Assembly: GCA_963743305.1 (NCBI GenBank)
Contig: CAVUPH010000014.1
Span: 32,001-96,000, forward strand
Length of the DNA stretch: 64,000 bases
Direction of reading: 5' to 3'
Origin: an uncultured delta proteobacterium
GTDB lineage: Bacteria > Desulfobacterota > RBG-13-43-22
Shown here: piece after piece, positions 42,591 through 52,960 of the stretch
How positions within the stretch are numbered: position 1 is the stretch's first letter
Layout of the letters: every line of letters begins with the position of its first letter
Position numbers and translations under genes: made by a program
Notes under the pieces: model-generated
Told to the model about the DNA's origin: nothing
Databases searched by the model: none
The model's input: the letters and a program-made list of their open reading frames with translations, nothing else

Positions 42591-43839
42591 GTCGTAAAAC
42601 CTCCGCTGGTTTGATTTTTGAAATATTCCGGCCGAGCAACCCGCCGGTCACGCCGCCGATGACTACTGAAAGTAGAAGGGCAAAACAGGCCAGGGCCCAC
42701 GAGACGTGCACGGGGAGAGAAAGCGTTTTGAAGACCTGGTCTCCGCCCCCCGGCAGGAAATGGGGTTTAGGACTCATTTCCCAAGGAATAGGGATATTGA
42801 CCTTCATGAAGCTCAACCCAAAGGTGATTACGATGGCCAGGGCCAACCCTAGAAGGCCGGCCAGAAAGCACTGGACGATCGACTCCGAGAGGAGTTGCGT
42901 CACCACGTTCCGGTTCGTCCAACCCACCGCCTTGAGCACGCCGATCTCCCGAGTCCGCTCGGTGATGTTGCCGGCCATGGTCTTAAAGGCAATCAAGACG
43001 GCCACGATGACGGCGATCAGGGAGGCGGCCAGGGTGAATTTATCCGAGAGGGCAAAGAGGCTGCCCAGGAGCTTCAGGAAGGACTCGGGCGTCGCGATGG
43101 TCGCCCCTTTACCGATGAGCCCTCGCAAGGCAACGGCCAAAGCGGGAATCTTTTCCTGGTCGGCTTTGATAAAAAGGAGATTGACATCGGACGGGCCGAA
43201 GGGGGAGACGGATTGCACCAGGGGGGAAGAGGCGGCCATTTTTTGCGCTTCCACCAAAGGCAGATAGACGTTGGCCACGGCGATTTTAGCGGCCCGGGAG
43301 GCATCGATCAACCCAACGACCGGATACGTCTTGCCAGCCACCGACAGGGTATCCCCCACCTTGAGGCCGAACTGGCGGGCGTAAGACGCTTCCATGAGGG
43401 CTTCGGATCGACCTTCCGTAAGAAACCGTCCCTCGGTCACCGCGCGAGAAAGCGTTGCCGGACCGACCCTATTGTTCTGTTCTATTCCCAGGACGATCCA
43501 GGCCTTATGGGGATCAAAGACCCAAAGCAGAACGGCGGTACCTACCCCTTTCACCCCCCCCAGGCCTTCGATCTTTTTCACTTGCGCCTCGCGGATGGTC
43601 TCGGCCGAACAGGGAAAAACGACCCCGCTAAGCTGCTCCGGCACATTCCCCGACCGCTGGACCGTGACATCGGCCCCGATCTCTTCCAGGGGAACGCGAG
43701 CCGCCTGGCGATAGGCGGCGGAAAGGGCGTTAAGGATGATCAGCAGGGCGATTCCTATGGAAAGACCGATGATCGCCGCCAGAGTTCTTCGCCTCTGGTA
43801 ATAGAGTTCCTTAGCCAAGTAGTGATAATTCATTGCCAT
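42583..43839 (-). CDS. MacB/FtsX-like ABC permease
   Basis: ERTREIGVLKAVGW and KPAEVLR motifs; paralog of 40266..41510. Confidence 0.88.
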   Translation of the reverse strand: MAMNYHYLAKELYYQRRRTLAAIIGLSIGIALLIILNALSAAYRQAARVPLEEIGADVTVQRSGNVPEQLSGVVFPCSAETIREAQVKKIEGLGGVKGVGTAVLLWVFDPHKAWIVLGIEQNNRVGPATLSRAVTEGRFLTEGRSEALMEASYARQFGLKVGDTLSVAGKTYPVVGLIDASRAAKIAVANVYLPLVEAQKMAASSPLVQSVSPFGPSDVNLLFIKADQEKIPALAVALRGLIGKGATIATPESFLKLLGSLFALSDKFTLAASLIAVIVAVLIAFKTMAGNITERTREIGVLKAVGWTNRNVVTQLLSESIVQCFLAGLLGLALAIVITFGLSFMKVNIPIPWEMSPKPHFLPGGGDQVFKTLSLPVHVSWALACFALLLSVVIGGVTGGLLGRNISKIKPAEVLRHE

Positions 43840-43845
43840 CCTCCC

Positions 43846-44340
43846 CTACGGACATATCTCTCCCCGCCGCTGGGCCATGGCGCTCTCGATCAAATGCAGA
43901 AATTTTTTCTGCTGCTCCCGGCCGAGCATGGACTTGAATTCAAGCATGTGTGAAACGACGGTCTTTTGTATGTCTTCCTGAATCTTATTAATATGGCTTA
44001 TGGTCGCCTCGATGGCCTTGCGATCGGGGTTATCCGCCCGCATGAGGGTGATGAGGGAAGTCCTTAGCCGCTCCACTTCCTGTCTCTCCTTGGCCAGGCC
44101 ACTATGAAACTCCCCCGCTTTTTTCTGAAAGAGCTTGATTTGTTCCGGCTTTAAGGACAGCTCTTCGAAGAACATGCCCGGGCCGAAAGGACCTGGACGA
44201 ACCGGGCCGCCGATCAAGCCTGCTAAAGGAGGAGGACCGAACCGTGTCATCCGGTAATGGGTGAAGGCCGCGGCCCCGAGCAGCGAAAAATTCAACAATA
44301 AAGAGACGATCAGGATATACTTTAGGAGGTTATCTTTCAT
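43846..44340 (-). CDS. Periplasmic heavy-metal-sensor/Spy-like protein
   Basis: LIVSLLLN, LSLKPEQ and LGREQQKKF motifs. Confidence 0.75.
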   Translation of the reverse strand: MKDNLLKYILIVSLLLNFSLLGAAAFTHYRMTRFGPPPLAGLIGGPVRPGPFGPGMFFEELSLKPEQIKLFQKKAGEFHSGLAKERQEVERLRTSLITLMRADNPDRKAIEATISHINKIQEDIQKTVVSHMLEFKSMLGREQQKKFLHLIESAMAQRRGEICP

Positions 44341-44812
44341 CGGCTGCTCCCGCTAGGGTCACATAGACGCCTCCGATTGAATCCGGAGGAGTGGCCTGAA
44401 AGAGATCCAGAGAAAATGATTCTTGAACGGTCATGGGCCTTTCCGGGGTTCTACCGGTGACGAGCAGGTTACCGGAAACCATACCGATAAAGACGACGAT
44501 CAGGGCAAAGGCTACCTCCACCGCCCGCAGAAAGACGGGCTGAAGGGTAAAAAAACCCCAGAAAGGGGCACTTTTTTCATTTTCTTCGATTCGGGCCATG
44601 ACCCTCGTGGCAAACCCATAAGGGGCCTCGAACCTTTCTGCAGGGTCGAAGAGTTGATGGATGGACATGGTCTCTTCCAACGATTCTTGGCAAGCCGGAC
44701 ATCCCTGAATGTGGGAGATGAATATCTTCGCTTGGTCAGGACCGAGTTCATCGTCCACAAACGGGGAGATCATTTTTCTTATTTGTGAACACTTCATTTT
44801 TTCTCCCTCCAT
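44330..44812 (-). CDS. Zinc-binding (zf-HC2) anti-sigma factor
   Basis: MKC...FVDDEL...HIQGCPAC followed by one TM helix. Confidence 0.85.
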   Translation of the reverse strand: MEGEKMKCSQIRKMISPFVDDELGPDQAKIFISHIQGCPACQESLEETMSIHQLFDPAERFEAPYGFATRVMARIEENEKSAPFWGFFTLQPVFLRAVEVAFALIVVFIGMVSGNLLVTGRTPERPMTVQESFSLDLFQATPPDSIGGVYVTLAGAADER

Positions 44813-44819
44813 ACTGTTA

Positions 44820-44844
44820 AACGACTGAGATTCGATTTTGTTCC
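44820..44844 (-). promoter_or_regulatory. ECF sigma promoter 1
   Basis: GGAAC-N16-CGTT on the minus strand. Confidence 0.7.
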
Positions 44845-44861
44845 CAAAATTCTTCTTCGTT

Positions 44862-45407
44862 TCAACCCTTTTTTTGCAGGAGCTTGCGCAACTCCTCCCG
44901 CGCCCTTGATAGCCTCGATTTCACCGTTCCGATGGATGCCGGTAACACCGCGGCAATCTCTTCATAGGAAAGCCCCTCGATCTCCTTCAACACGATCACC
45001 GTTCGAAACTTCTTCGAGAGACTACGGAGAGCGGTCTCTATCAGCCGGCCGGTTTCCTTTGATTGAACCAGCCGTTCAGGAGAAGGTTGGTGGGTGGGTA
45101 GGTTGTTGACGGCAGATTCATCTTCGCAAGGCTCGGGGCGTAACTTTTTTCTGTAGTCAAGACAGGTGTTGACGGCGATGCGGTAAAGCCAGGTGTAAAA
45201 GGCGGCGTCAGGCTTAAAATTCTTGAGGGCGGCATACGCCTTGAGAAAACTGTCCTGCGCTGCATCCTGGGCTTCTTCGGCATCCTGAAGCATATAGCGG
45301 CAGAGATTGAATATCCTGTCCTGGTATTTGCGGAGTAGCTCCTCGAAGGCCGGACGGTCGCCGCCCTTAAAGCGTCGGATCAGGTCTAGGTCGTCGGAAA
45401 AGGCCAC
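44862..45407 (-). CDS. ECF RNA polymerase sigma factor
   Basis: AQDAAQDSFL, FYTWLYRIAVN, EGLSYEEIA and GTVKSRLSRAR motifs. Confidence 0.92.
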   Translation of the reverse strand: MAFSDDLDLIRRFKGGDRPAFEELLRKYQDRIFNLCRYMLQDAEEAQDAAQDSFLKAYAALKNFKPDAAFYTWLYRIAVNTCLDYRKKLRPEPCEDESAVNNLPTHQPSPERLVQSKETGRLIETALRSLSKKFRTVIVLKEIEGLSYEEIAAVLPASIGTVKSRLSRAREELRKLLQKKG

Positions 45408-45599
45408 GGGTCCGTCACTTTTCGTCTTGCCGGCATGGATTTATCATAAACCGCGGAAAAAATGATGGTGGTAAGCAAGACCGCCAAAGCCGGGGCCCTA
45501 TCCTTTGACCAGTCTCCCAGCTTTCTTGTCGTCAAGGGCATAGCACTCCTTCTTCGAGTCCTTTCGTCCAAATCTATTCTCATTAACCCCATATTCTTA

Positions 45600-45624
45600 A
45601 ACGATTGAGATTCGATATTGTTCC
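45600..45624 (-). promoter_or_regulatory. ECF sigma promoter 2
   Basis: GGAAC-N16-CGTT with a spacer nearly identical to promoter 1. Confidence 0.7.
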
Positions 45625-45634
45625 AAATCACTTT

Positions 45635-45782
45635 TGATGGTTTCGCAAAAAGTCGAAAAACCCGTCATTGCGAGGAGCGAAGCGAAGCAATCCCCACCAT
45701 GGCAACTAGCTGATTCTTGGGGATTGCTTCGTCGCTTCACTCCTCGCAATGACAGCCCGGGGGACTTTTTGCGAAACCATCA
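45635..45782. repeat. MITE/REP-like palindromic element, copy 2
   Basis: Terminal inverted repeat TGATGGTTTCGCAAAAAGTC / GACTTTTTGCGAAACCATCA; inverted relative to copy 1. Confidence 0.85.
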
Positions 45783-46229
45783 CTTTTCTTGATTCGTATT
45801 TTTTTGCAGGAGCTTGAACAACTCTTCTCTCGCTCTTGAGATCCTTGATTTTATTGTTCCATCTGAGGTATGCAGCACCTCGGCCATTTCCTCATAGGAA
45901 AGCCCTTCCATTTCCCGCAGGACGATAACGGCCCTCGAATCTCCGGGCAATCGATCCAGGGCCGCCTGGATGGCCCGACCGATCTCCTTCGATTGGTAGC
46001 GTTGCTCCGGGGACGCCTCGGTTGAAGCCAGATCCTCGGCCTGAAATTCATTTTTAAGGAATAGATCCTGGGCGGCATCCTCCGCGTCTTGAGGATTTCC
46101 GAGGAGATAACGGCAGAGATTATAAATTCTATTTTGATATTTCCTGAGGATTACTTCGAAAATGGACAGATCGCCGTCTTTGAATTGCTTAATTAAAGAG
46201 GGTTCATCTCGCTGGTCTTTGAGGCCCAT
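45780..46229 (-). pseudogene. ECF sigma factor paralog with an in-frame internal deletion
   Basis: AEDAAQDLFLK joins NEFQAEDL directly, so the WLYRIA part of region 2 is missing; region 4 is intact. Confidence 0.7.
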
Positions 46230-46239
46230 ACACTATAAT

Positions 46240-46264
46240 AACGTATCGGCAAGGATTTTGTTCC
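46240..46264 (-). promoter_or_regulatory. ECF sigma promoter 3
   Basis: GGAAC-N16-CGTT. Confidence 0.65.
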
Positions 46265-46358
46265 CTGGAATTTAACAGGAAGCATATTCCGCTCAAACTG
46301 ACCACCGGTTCCGGTCAAACTGACCAGAGATCGGAGCGCAGCGACGCAGGAGAAAAGA

Positions 46359-47117
46359 TTATACTACGGACTGGTCAGTTTGAGTCAAGGGGGAACGTGT
46401 TTTCCGCATGGATTCTCCTTTCAAGGTGATTTTGTGGGCCTGGTGAACCAGGCGATCCAGGATGGCATCGGCCAGGGTGGGTTCTCCGATGGTTTCATGC
46501 CAGGTGGCGATGGGGAACTGGCTGGTGACCAGGGTCGAGGAGCGGTCATAGCGATCCTCCAGGACCTCCAGGAGGTCATGGCGTTCGGCCGCCTGCAAAG
46601 GGTTGAGCCCCCAATCGTCTAAGATCAGCAAGGGGAGTTTGGCCAGGCGGGCCAAGACGCGGGAGTAGGAGCCATCGGCCTTGGCCATCTGGAGTTCATG
46701 GAGGAGCTTGGGGATTCGGGTATAGCGAGTGGCGAACCCCAGACGGCAGGCCTGATGAGCCAGGGCGCAGGCCAGGTAGGTTTTTCCGGAACCGGTGGGT
46801 CCGATGATGATGACGTTCTGGTGATGGGTCAGCCACTGACCGGAAGCCAGGCTTTGCAGGACGGCCTGATGCAGGCCCCGTTTGTGCCGGTAATCGACCT
46901 CTTCCAGACAAGCCGGTTCCCGGAGTTTGGCGGCTTTCAGCCGCCGGGCCAGGTGTCGGTTTTCACGAGAGGTCCACTCCCGGTCGACGAGCAGACCGAA
47001 GCGTTCTTCGAAGCTGAGGGCTTGGGTGGCCGGTTGATTGAGTTGTTCTTCGAAGGCGCGGGCCATACCGAAGAGCTTCATCCGTAACAGGTAGTCGATG
47101 GTCGGTTGGATCAGCAT
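46359..47117 (-). CDS. istB: IS21 helper ATPase IstB
   Basis: GPTGSGKT, LLILDDWG and DAILDRLVH...GESMR motifs. Confidence 0.95.
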   Translation of the reverse strand: MLIQPTIDYLLRMKLFGMARAFEEQLNQPATQALSFEERFGLLVDREWTSRENRHLARRLKAAKLREPACLEEVDYRHKRGLHQAVLQSLASGQWLTHHQNVIIIGPTGSGKTYLACALAHQACRLGFATRYTRIPKLLHELQMAKADGSYSRVLARLAKLPLLILDDWGLNPLQAAERHDLLEVLEDRYDRSSTLVTSQFPIATWHETIGEPTLADAILDRLVHQAHKITLKGESMRKTRSPLTQTDQSVV

Positions 47118-47127
47118 GATTTCTCCT

Positions 47128-48670
47128 TTACTGGTAATAGTCCTTCCCCCGGATATGGGGGTGCAGACGGAGCGGGGGTTCTGGGATAGGGATTAACGTT
47201 TGACGGTCCAAACCGGAAGTCAGGATCGACTTGATGTTTTGATAACGGTATTGCTTCATCCGAGTTGCCCGTTGACAGGCGGCCTCCAGTCGTTCGTGGG
47301 AAAAGCGATCCCCCAGGCGGATCAAGCCTAAACAGGCCCGGAAGCCCTGTTCCGGGTAGTCTTTGGCCTGGAGGATTTCCCGGGCGACGGCGGCGGTGTA
47401 GGGGCCTATTTTTTCGATCCAGCCCAGGATCCGTTCCGGGGTCCAGGCCCGGTGGTGTTGATGGGCCGGCGGGAGATGTTCCGGCCGGGTGGTGTAGCCG
47501 CCCTTACGGAAACTGCGGACATGGCTAGCCACCCGGCGGTTTTTAAACAGGACCTCGACGATGGCCCGGGTGAGACGGACATCGACCTGTTCCCGGACCA
47601 GCGGATAGGGAACACTGTAAAAGTGGCCGTCCACTTCGATGTGGACGTCGACATTGACCCGGGCCTTGAGCCAGTCGGCGTATTCGTAAGGAGGTCCGCT
47701 TACGGGTTGGGCGGCTGGTTTATCCAGGGTGAGGAAGCGCTCCTGCCGGGAACCGGGGAGTTTTTTGAAGGGTCTTTGGTTCAACCGGATCAACAGTTCC
47801 CGGATGGCCTGGTTGGCCTCGGCCAAGGAGAAAAAGGTCCGGTGTCGCAGGGCGGCCAGGATCCAGCGCTCGACTAAGAGTACCCCCGCCTCCGCCTTGG
47901 CTTTATCCTTTGGTTTGCGGACCCGGGCGGGGATGACCGCTAGGCCATAATGGCGGGCCATTTCTTGATACGTGGGGTTGATGTCCGGATCATAACGGCA
48001 GGCTTTATTAACGGCCGCTCCCAGATTGTCGGGAACCAGGACCTTGGGCAGACAGCCGAAGAAACCAAAGGCCCGGACATGGGCCCCGATCCAGTGGGGT
48101 AGTTTCTCGGACAGACAAGCTTCGGCGTAGGTATAGTTGCTGGCGCCCCAAACCGCTACGAAGAGGGTATGAAAGGTCACCTCGCCGGTTTCCGGATGGG
48201 TGATGGGGATGCCTTGGCCGGAGAAGTCCACGAACAGCTTTTCTCCGGCCCGGTGTTCCTGCCGAAGGCACCAGTCCAGTTTTTTGGCCCAACGCCGGTA
48301 TAGTTCGCAGAACTGGCTGTAGCGATACCCCTGGGGATGTTGCTCCTGGTATTCATGCCAGAGCAACTGGAGGGTCATGTCCGGCCGACGGAGTTCCTCA
48401 TGGAGCTCAGACCAATCCGGAACTGGCCGAGGATGAGTCGGAAACAGGAAGCGTGGGAGATGGAAACATCTGGGCCGCTAAGGCCTGATCGTCCAGATGC
48501 TCCGGTAAAGGCCAGAACAGTCCGGCCGCCTGAGCCCGCTGTTCGTACTCGGCTACGGTATTGTGGGAGATAGAGCAGATTCGTCCCGTCTGACGACGCC
48601 CTAAACCTAACTCCCAGCGTAAACGTAAAACTTCTTTGATCTTGCGCATGGATAACCTCCGATTGGCCAT
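47128..48670 (-). CDS. istA: IS21 transposase IstA (frameshift near 48400)
   Basis: [25 protein letters not shown] and KPKDKAKAE motifs. Confidence 0.93.
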
Positions 48671-49017
48671 TCCCGTTACCTCCCCTGTTGAGTTGGGAGG
48701 CAGGGTAGCACCAGATTTTATCCTGCGCCGCTGTTAACTTTTTCGATTCCGGGCCAGTCGGTTTACTGGTCAGTTTCCCACCGGAATCAGTGGTCAGTTT
48801 GCTCCGGAATCACTGGTCAGTTTCGATCGGAATGGGTGGTAATATAGGTGGTTACGCAGAAAATGAGTGGACAGAGATTGGCCCGTACAAGGGCCGGCAG
48901 GACGGTGGAGATACCCAAGGGTAAAACAGGCCGAGGGTAGCAGGTGAAAAAGCCCAAGCCCGACCCCAAGCACTCCGCCAGGGTTAACAAGGAAAGGGGA
49001 TGCTTTCCTTTTCAATC

Positions 49018-49809
49018 TCATCTATCTTTAAAACTTGGTTTCCGTTTATCTATAAAAGCCTGGAACCCCTCTCGGCCGTCTTCGGAAACATAGGCGATGA
49101 CAAAACAATTATTCTCATACGTTATCGCCGACTGAAGATCCATATTCATTCCATTATCTATGGTATTCTTAAGGAGACTCAGGGCTACCTTTGGTTTAGA
49201 GGCCAACTTTTTCGCCCAGGCTTTCGCCTCTTCCAGTAAGGCCTCTTTGCCCACAACCTTATTCACCAGGCCTAGGGAACAGGCTTCCTCGGCATTAACC
49301 GTATCCCCCATAAACAAAAGTTCCTTTGCTTTGGCGATGCCGATCAACCTGGGGAGCCTCTGGGTACCGCCTGAGCCCGGTATGATGCCCAAATTAATCT
49401 CCGGACAGCCTATGGAAGTATCGCTTGCCGCAATCCTCAGATCACAGGCCAGGGCCAGCTCACAGCCGCCGCCCAAAACAAAGCCAAAGATTGCGGCGAT
49501 GGTGGGTTTTTCAATACCGGCGACCTTGTCGAGACACATTCTGGAGACATTCCGAAAGGCAAAATAATCCGGTATCGATTTTCCGGCCACTTCTTTTACA
49601 TCGAGACCCGCCGCAAAGGCTTTATCGCCGGTCCCGGTCAGGATAACCGCCTTAACCGATTCGTCTTTTTCGAGATCGCCAAAAGCATCATAAATCTCCT
49701 GGTACATTTTGACATTGAGAGAATTTACTGGAGGTCTGTTCAGCTTGACGACCGCAATATTTCCCTCTTTTTCAACCAGCAAGGTTTCATAATCCATATT
49801 CCCCTCCAC
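49018..49809 (-). CDS. Enoyl-CoA hydratase/crotonase-family protein
   Basis: AFAAGLD, GGGCELALACD and PEINLGIIPGSGGTQRL motifs. Confidence 0.92.
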   Translation of the reverse strand: MEGNMDYETLLVEKEGNIAVVKLNRPPVNSLNVKMYQEIYDAFGDLEKDESVKAVILTGTGDKAFAAGLDVKEVAGKSIPDYFAFRNVSRMCLDKVAGIEKPTIAAIFGFVLGGGCELALACDLRIAASDTSIGCPEINLGIIPGSGGTQRLPRLIGIAKAKELLFMGDTVNAEEACSLGLVNKVVGKEALLEEAKAWAKKLASKPKVALSLLKNTIDNGMNMDLQSAITYENNCFVIAYVSEDGREGFQAFIDKRKPSFKDR

Positions 49810-49812
49810 CGT

Positions 49813-50574
49813 TTAAAACACAAAAAGATCCAGACCGCCCATCAGATTCATGATGGATCCCGTCATATAGGCAGCGCTGTCTGAGCATAGGTAGGCGATG
49901 GCATCGGCGATTTCCTGGGGATGGGCCGGTCTGCGGAAGACCGTCTTTTTCTCCACGGCCTGACGGACCGGCTCCGGGAGCAGATCATAGCCATCCGTGG
50001 CACAGATGCCGATGAGCACGCTGTTGGCCGTAATATTGAACCGCGCCCCCTCCAGGGCCGCCGATTTGGCCAGCGCAATGAGACCGGCCTTGGCCGCCCC
50101 GTAGCTCGTCTGCCCCGCGCCGCCCAGAACCCCGGCCACGGACGTCATATTGACGATCCGGCCCCACTTTTTGGCGCACATATCCGCCCAGGCCTCTTTA
50201 AGGCAATAGAACGCGGAATTGAGACAGAGCTTCACTTCATAATCCCATTCTTCCGTGGTGGTCTTGGCAATGCTGATGTTGTGCCCCATCAGGGCGGCAT
50301 TGTTCACCACAATATCAACGGGCCCGAGCTCCGCCTTAATGGCCGCAAAGCCTTTGGCCACATCGGCGGCCACACTCGCATCCATCCGGACGGCCATAGC
50401 TTTCCGGCCCATAGCCTTAATCTCTTCGGCCAAGGCCTCCGCCCCTTCCAGGTGATGAAAGCCGGTTACCACTACATCCGCCCCCTGTCTCGCGAGCGTC
50501 AGGGCGGCGTGCCTCCCGATACCTTTGGGCCTGGAAGCGCCTGTTACCAATGCCAGTTTTCCTTCTAAAGACAT
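49813..50574 (-). CDS. Short-chain dehydrogenase/reductase (FabG/PhaB-like)
   Basis: TGASRPKGIG, VNNA and YGAAK motifs. Confidence 0.9.
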   Translation of the reverse strand: MSLEGKLALVTGASRPKGIGRHAALTLARQGADVVVTGFHHLEGAEALAEEIKAMGRKAMAVRMDASVAADVAKGFAAIKAELGPVDIVVNNAALMGHNISIAKTTTEEWDYEVKLCLNSAFYCLKEAWADMCAKKWGRIVNMTSVAGVLGGAGQTSYGAAKAGLIALAKSAALEGARFNITANSVLIGICATDGYDLLPEPVRQAVEKKTVFRRPAHPQEIADAIAYLCSDSAAYMTGSIMNLMGGLDLFVF

Positions 50575-50890
50575 AATTTCCTCCTTGGTAATGATTCTAT
50601 TGAAAAAGTCCTGCGGTTCTTTATCGATTTCGGCTTTCGCTAGAACATGAAAGTCGCACGTCATAGCCGAACATTATTCTCGATGACCGGTATCCCCCGG
50701 CCCAGTATCTCTAGATAAGGAGAATCTGGTCTTTGGGAAGATCCCTTCACGGCAAGGACTTGTTTTGGTTGGTCGGCTATTTTATTACTGCCGGTCTTTT
50801 TTGTTTTCTATATAGAATTAATGTTTTTGTTATAGAACAACCGGTCATTGGTGTCAAGAAAAATTGGATATTAAACACTAAGTCAAGATC

Positions 50891-51085
50891 ATGGACCTTC
50901 TCCTGGAGCTTAACCAGTATCAGCGGCTGACGATTTTAATCGCCTCGCCTGACATCAACCTCGCGGCCCAATATTGTCAACGGCTGATTTTATTGCGCGC
51001 CGGACGGATCCAGGGGATGGGTCCTCCTCGAGAGGTCATTGAAGAGGCCCTGATTCAGGAGGTTTTCGATACTCCGGTCCTGCAG
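50891..51085 (+). pseudogene. C-terminal fragment of a FecE/BtuD-type ABC ATPase
   Basis: DINLAAQYCQRLILLRAGRI...GPPREVI. Confidence 0.65.
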
Positions 51086-51260
51086 GATCCGGTCGAAGGG
51101 AGCTATCTGGTGATTGACAAACACGTGCAGAAACAGATCGGACCAGTTTTCCGGGGACCCTAAAGCCGGGAGCCGCAGTAGCAATTCCTGCATAGGAGAA
51201 CCGGGGGCCAACTCCAGGGTCACATCGCAGTCTTCATCGAACTGGGAAGGAAAGGTCCGT
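51075..51260 (-). pseudogene. Truncated MoaD/ThiS-like copy
   Basis: LGSPENWSDLFLHVFVNH matches 52429..52710, but the C-terminal GG is missing. Confidence 0.65.
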
Positions 51261-51469
51261 TGCCAAAAACCAAGGGGGTTTTTGTTATTATTTTTCGATT
51301 GACATTACCTAAAAAATTGATCTAATCGAACTACCTTTACAGATAATCCTACAAACCGGTCCGGTGTTAAAGCGAAGGGATGGGCCTTTTTCGGCAAGCT
51401 GTTAATTTCCTGGTTTGGCATCGGACAGAATGACGGGTGGAACAAAGGGGGCAAACCGTCAATGATCTA

Positions 51470-51583
51470 TTACAGCTTGTCGACGGGGCTTACCACGCCC
51501 AGGGAGCCTTGGTTCAAGAGATGGGTGTAGATCATGGTGGTCTCGACATCGGAATGCCCGAGATGTTCCTGTACCGTGCCGAC
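51470..51583 (-). pseudogene. intI: Integron integrase C-terminal remnant
   Basis: Manual translation [37 protein letters not shown]. Confidence 0.8.
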
Positions 51584-51716
51584 GCGGTTGGGGGTTCAGT
51601 GGCGCGAAACCCCGGCGAGTCGTTAGCGGCCTAGCATTCCGGGGCGTCCAATTAGGAATGCTATTTTCAATGTATAATACTATCTTAGGCCCTGGAAGTA
51701 GAGAGAGGAGAGCAGG

Positions 51717-52061
51717 ATGAGCAACGAACAGGCGGCACCTGAGACGAAAGGTGTTACGATGAAGCTACTTGCAACGGTTGACCTTGGCCCTGAGATCGAG
51801 GGCCTGGCAGGGCGCCAACTTCGAATGCGTATGGTGACCATTGAGCCTGGTGGCGTCTTCGGCCCGATTCACGACCATAAAGACAGACCAGGCACCGTCT
51901 ACATACTGCAAGGAACGATCACTGACCATCGAAATGGAGTCGCTACGGACTATGGGCCGGGAGTGGGCTGGCCCGAGGATAGGAACACCACACACTGGCT
52001 TGAGAACAGAGGAACGATTCCGGCAGTGGAGATCTCGGTCGATATAGTCAGGCAAAAGTAA
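51717..52061 (+). CDS. Cupin-domain protein (integron gene cassette)
   Basis: IEPGG...HDH..RPGTVYILQGTI...HWLEN; flanked by GTTAGC (51622) and an attC site. Confidence 0.85.
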   Translation: MSNEQAAPETKGVTMKLLATVDLGPEIEGLAGRQLRMRMVTIEPGGVFGPIHDHKDRPGTVYILQGTITDHRNGVATDYGPGVGWPEDRNTTHWLENRGTIPAVEISVDIVRQK

Positions 52062-52089
52062 GCTCCTGCCCGACATCTGACACGGTCGG

Positions 52090-52167
52090 TCCTAACACGC
52101 GGCTCAACCGGACGCGCTTCAGTCGGCTTCGCCTCCTTTCGCGCGCCGGTTAGCCACAACGTTGGGC
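52090..52167 (+). mobile_element. attC site
   Basis: TCCTAAC...GGCTCAACCGGACGCGC...GCGCGCCGGTTAGCC...GTTGGGC imperfect palindrome with extrahelical bases. Confidence 0.8.
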
Positions 52168-52428
52168 CAAGGGGAAAACTGCATGAATGTAATCGAAGAA
52201 TTCAAACGGTTAGTACTGGAATTGGAAAGTCAGAAAGTGCGGTATGCCCTGCGATTCGACGTGTTCATATCTTGTCGCCAGACAGACGATAATGGCAGTT
52301 CAACCCGCGACGGTCTTCTCACAAGGCTTTTTTCAGGTTTCGCGGGTGACCCCAAGGCCAAGAGGGTTTACGATGAAAGCATTGTTCCTGACAGTGTTTA
52401 TCCAGATGGCGCTTGGTTAGATCGACTC

Positions 52429-52710
52429 TTAGCCCCCGGTCAGGGGAATGTGGATGTCGATGACGTCTCGATCTTCCAAAACCCGGTCAAAGGGAGCATT
52501 TTTATGATTAACAAACACATGGAGGAAAAGGTCGGACCAGTTTTCCGGGGAGCCCAAACCCGGGAGCCCCAGCAGCAGTTCTTGAATGGTGGTACCGGGT
52601 TCCAATTCCAAAAGTAAATCACCGCTTTGATTAAATTGCGAGTTAAAGGCCGCAGTATTGCCTATCGCAAAAGTAGTATTGATTTTTACCTTGATTGGCT
52701 TGTTTTTCAT
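52429..52710 (-). CDS. MoaD/ThiS-family sulfur carrier
   Basis: 93 aa with VFVN...LEDRDVIDIHIPLTGG and a C-terminal GG. Confidence 0.85.
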   Translation of the reverse strand: MKNKPIKVKINTTFAIGNTAAFNSQFNQSGDLLLELEPGTTIQELLLGLPGLGSPENWSDLFLHVFVNHKNAPFDRVLEDRDVIDIHIPLTGG

Positions 52711-52960
52711 CCGGCTGTCTATCGATAATCGTTTTATACCCCTCTTATTTTATAATATGTAATACTCCCCTTCCCCCAAAGCAAGTTTTTATTAAATCCC
52801 TAGCCAAAAATATTTGAAATATTTTTGGCTGTAGTAAAAGCCACTTAACAGATTTAAAGATAACGTCTTTTAATCTAGATTCTTACCTCCATGGTTAGAG
52901 ACAAATTCTCAGAAAAAAGGTGAAAAAAATCTTGCATTGAAGAAGGCTCTTCGAGTATAT

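Larger units (their letters stand above)
46282..48840 (-). mobile_element. IS21-family insertion sequence
   Basis: istA-istB pair with multiple AAACTGACCA/TGGTCAGTTT terminal repeats at both ends; exact ends are uncertain. Confidence 0.9.

Noticed and set aside
42611-43953. Long plus-strand ORFs opposite the ABC permease, and similar shadow ORFs elsewhere
   Set aside because: GC-rich antisense frames of well-supported genes, with no recognisable motifs.
48765-48840. Short direct repeats as a possible CRISPR array
   Set aside because: There are no unique spacers; they are IS21 terminal transposase-binding repeats mirrored at 46290-46326.
51437-51634. Plus-strand 65-aa ORF
   Set aside because: Antisense shadow of the intI remnant.
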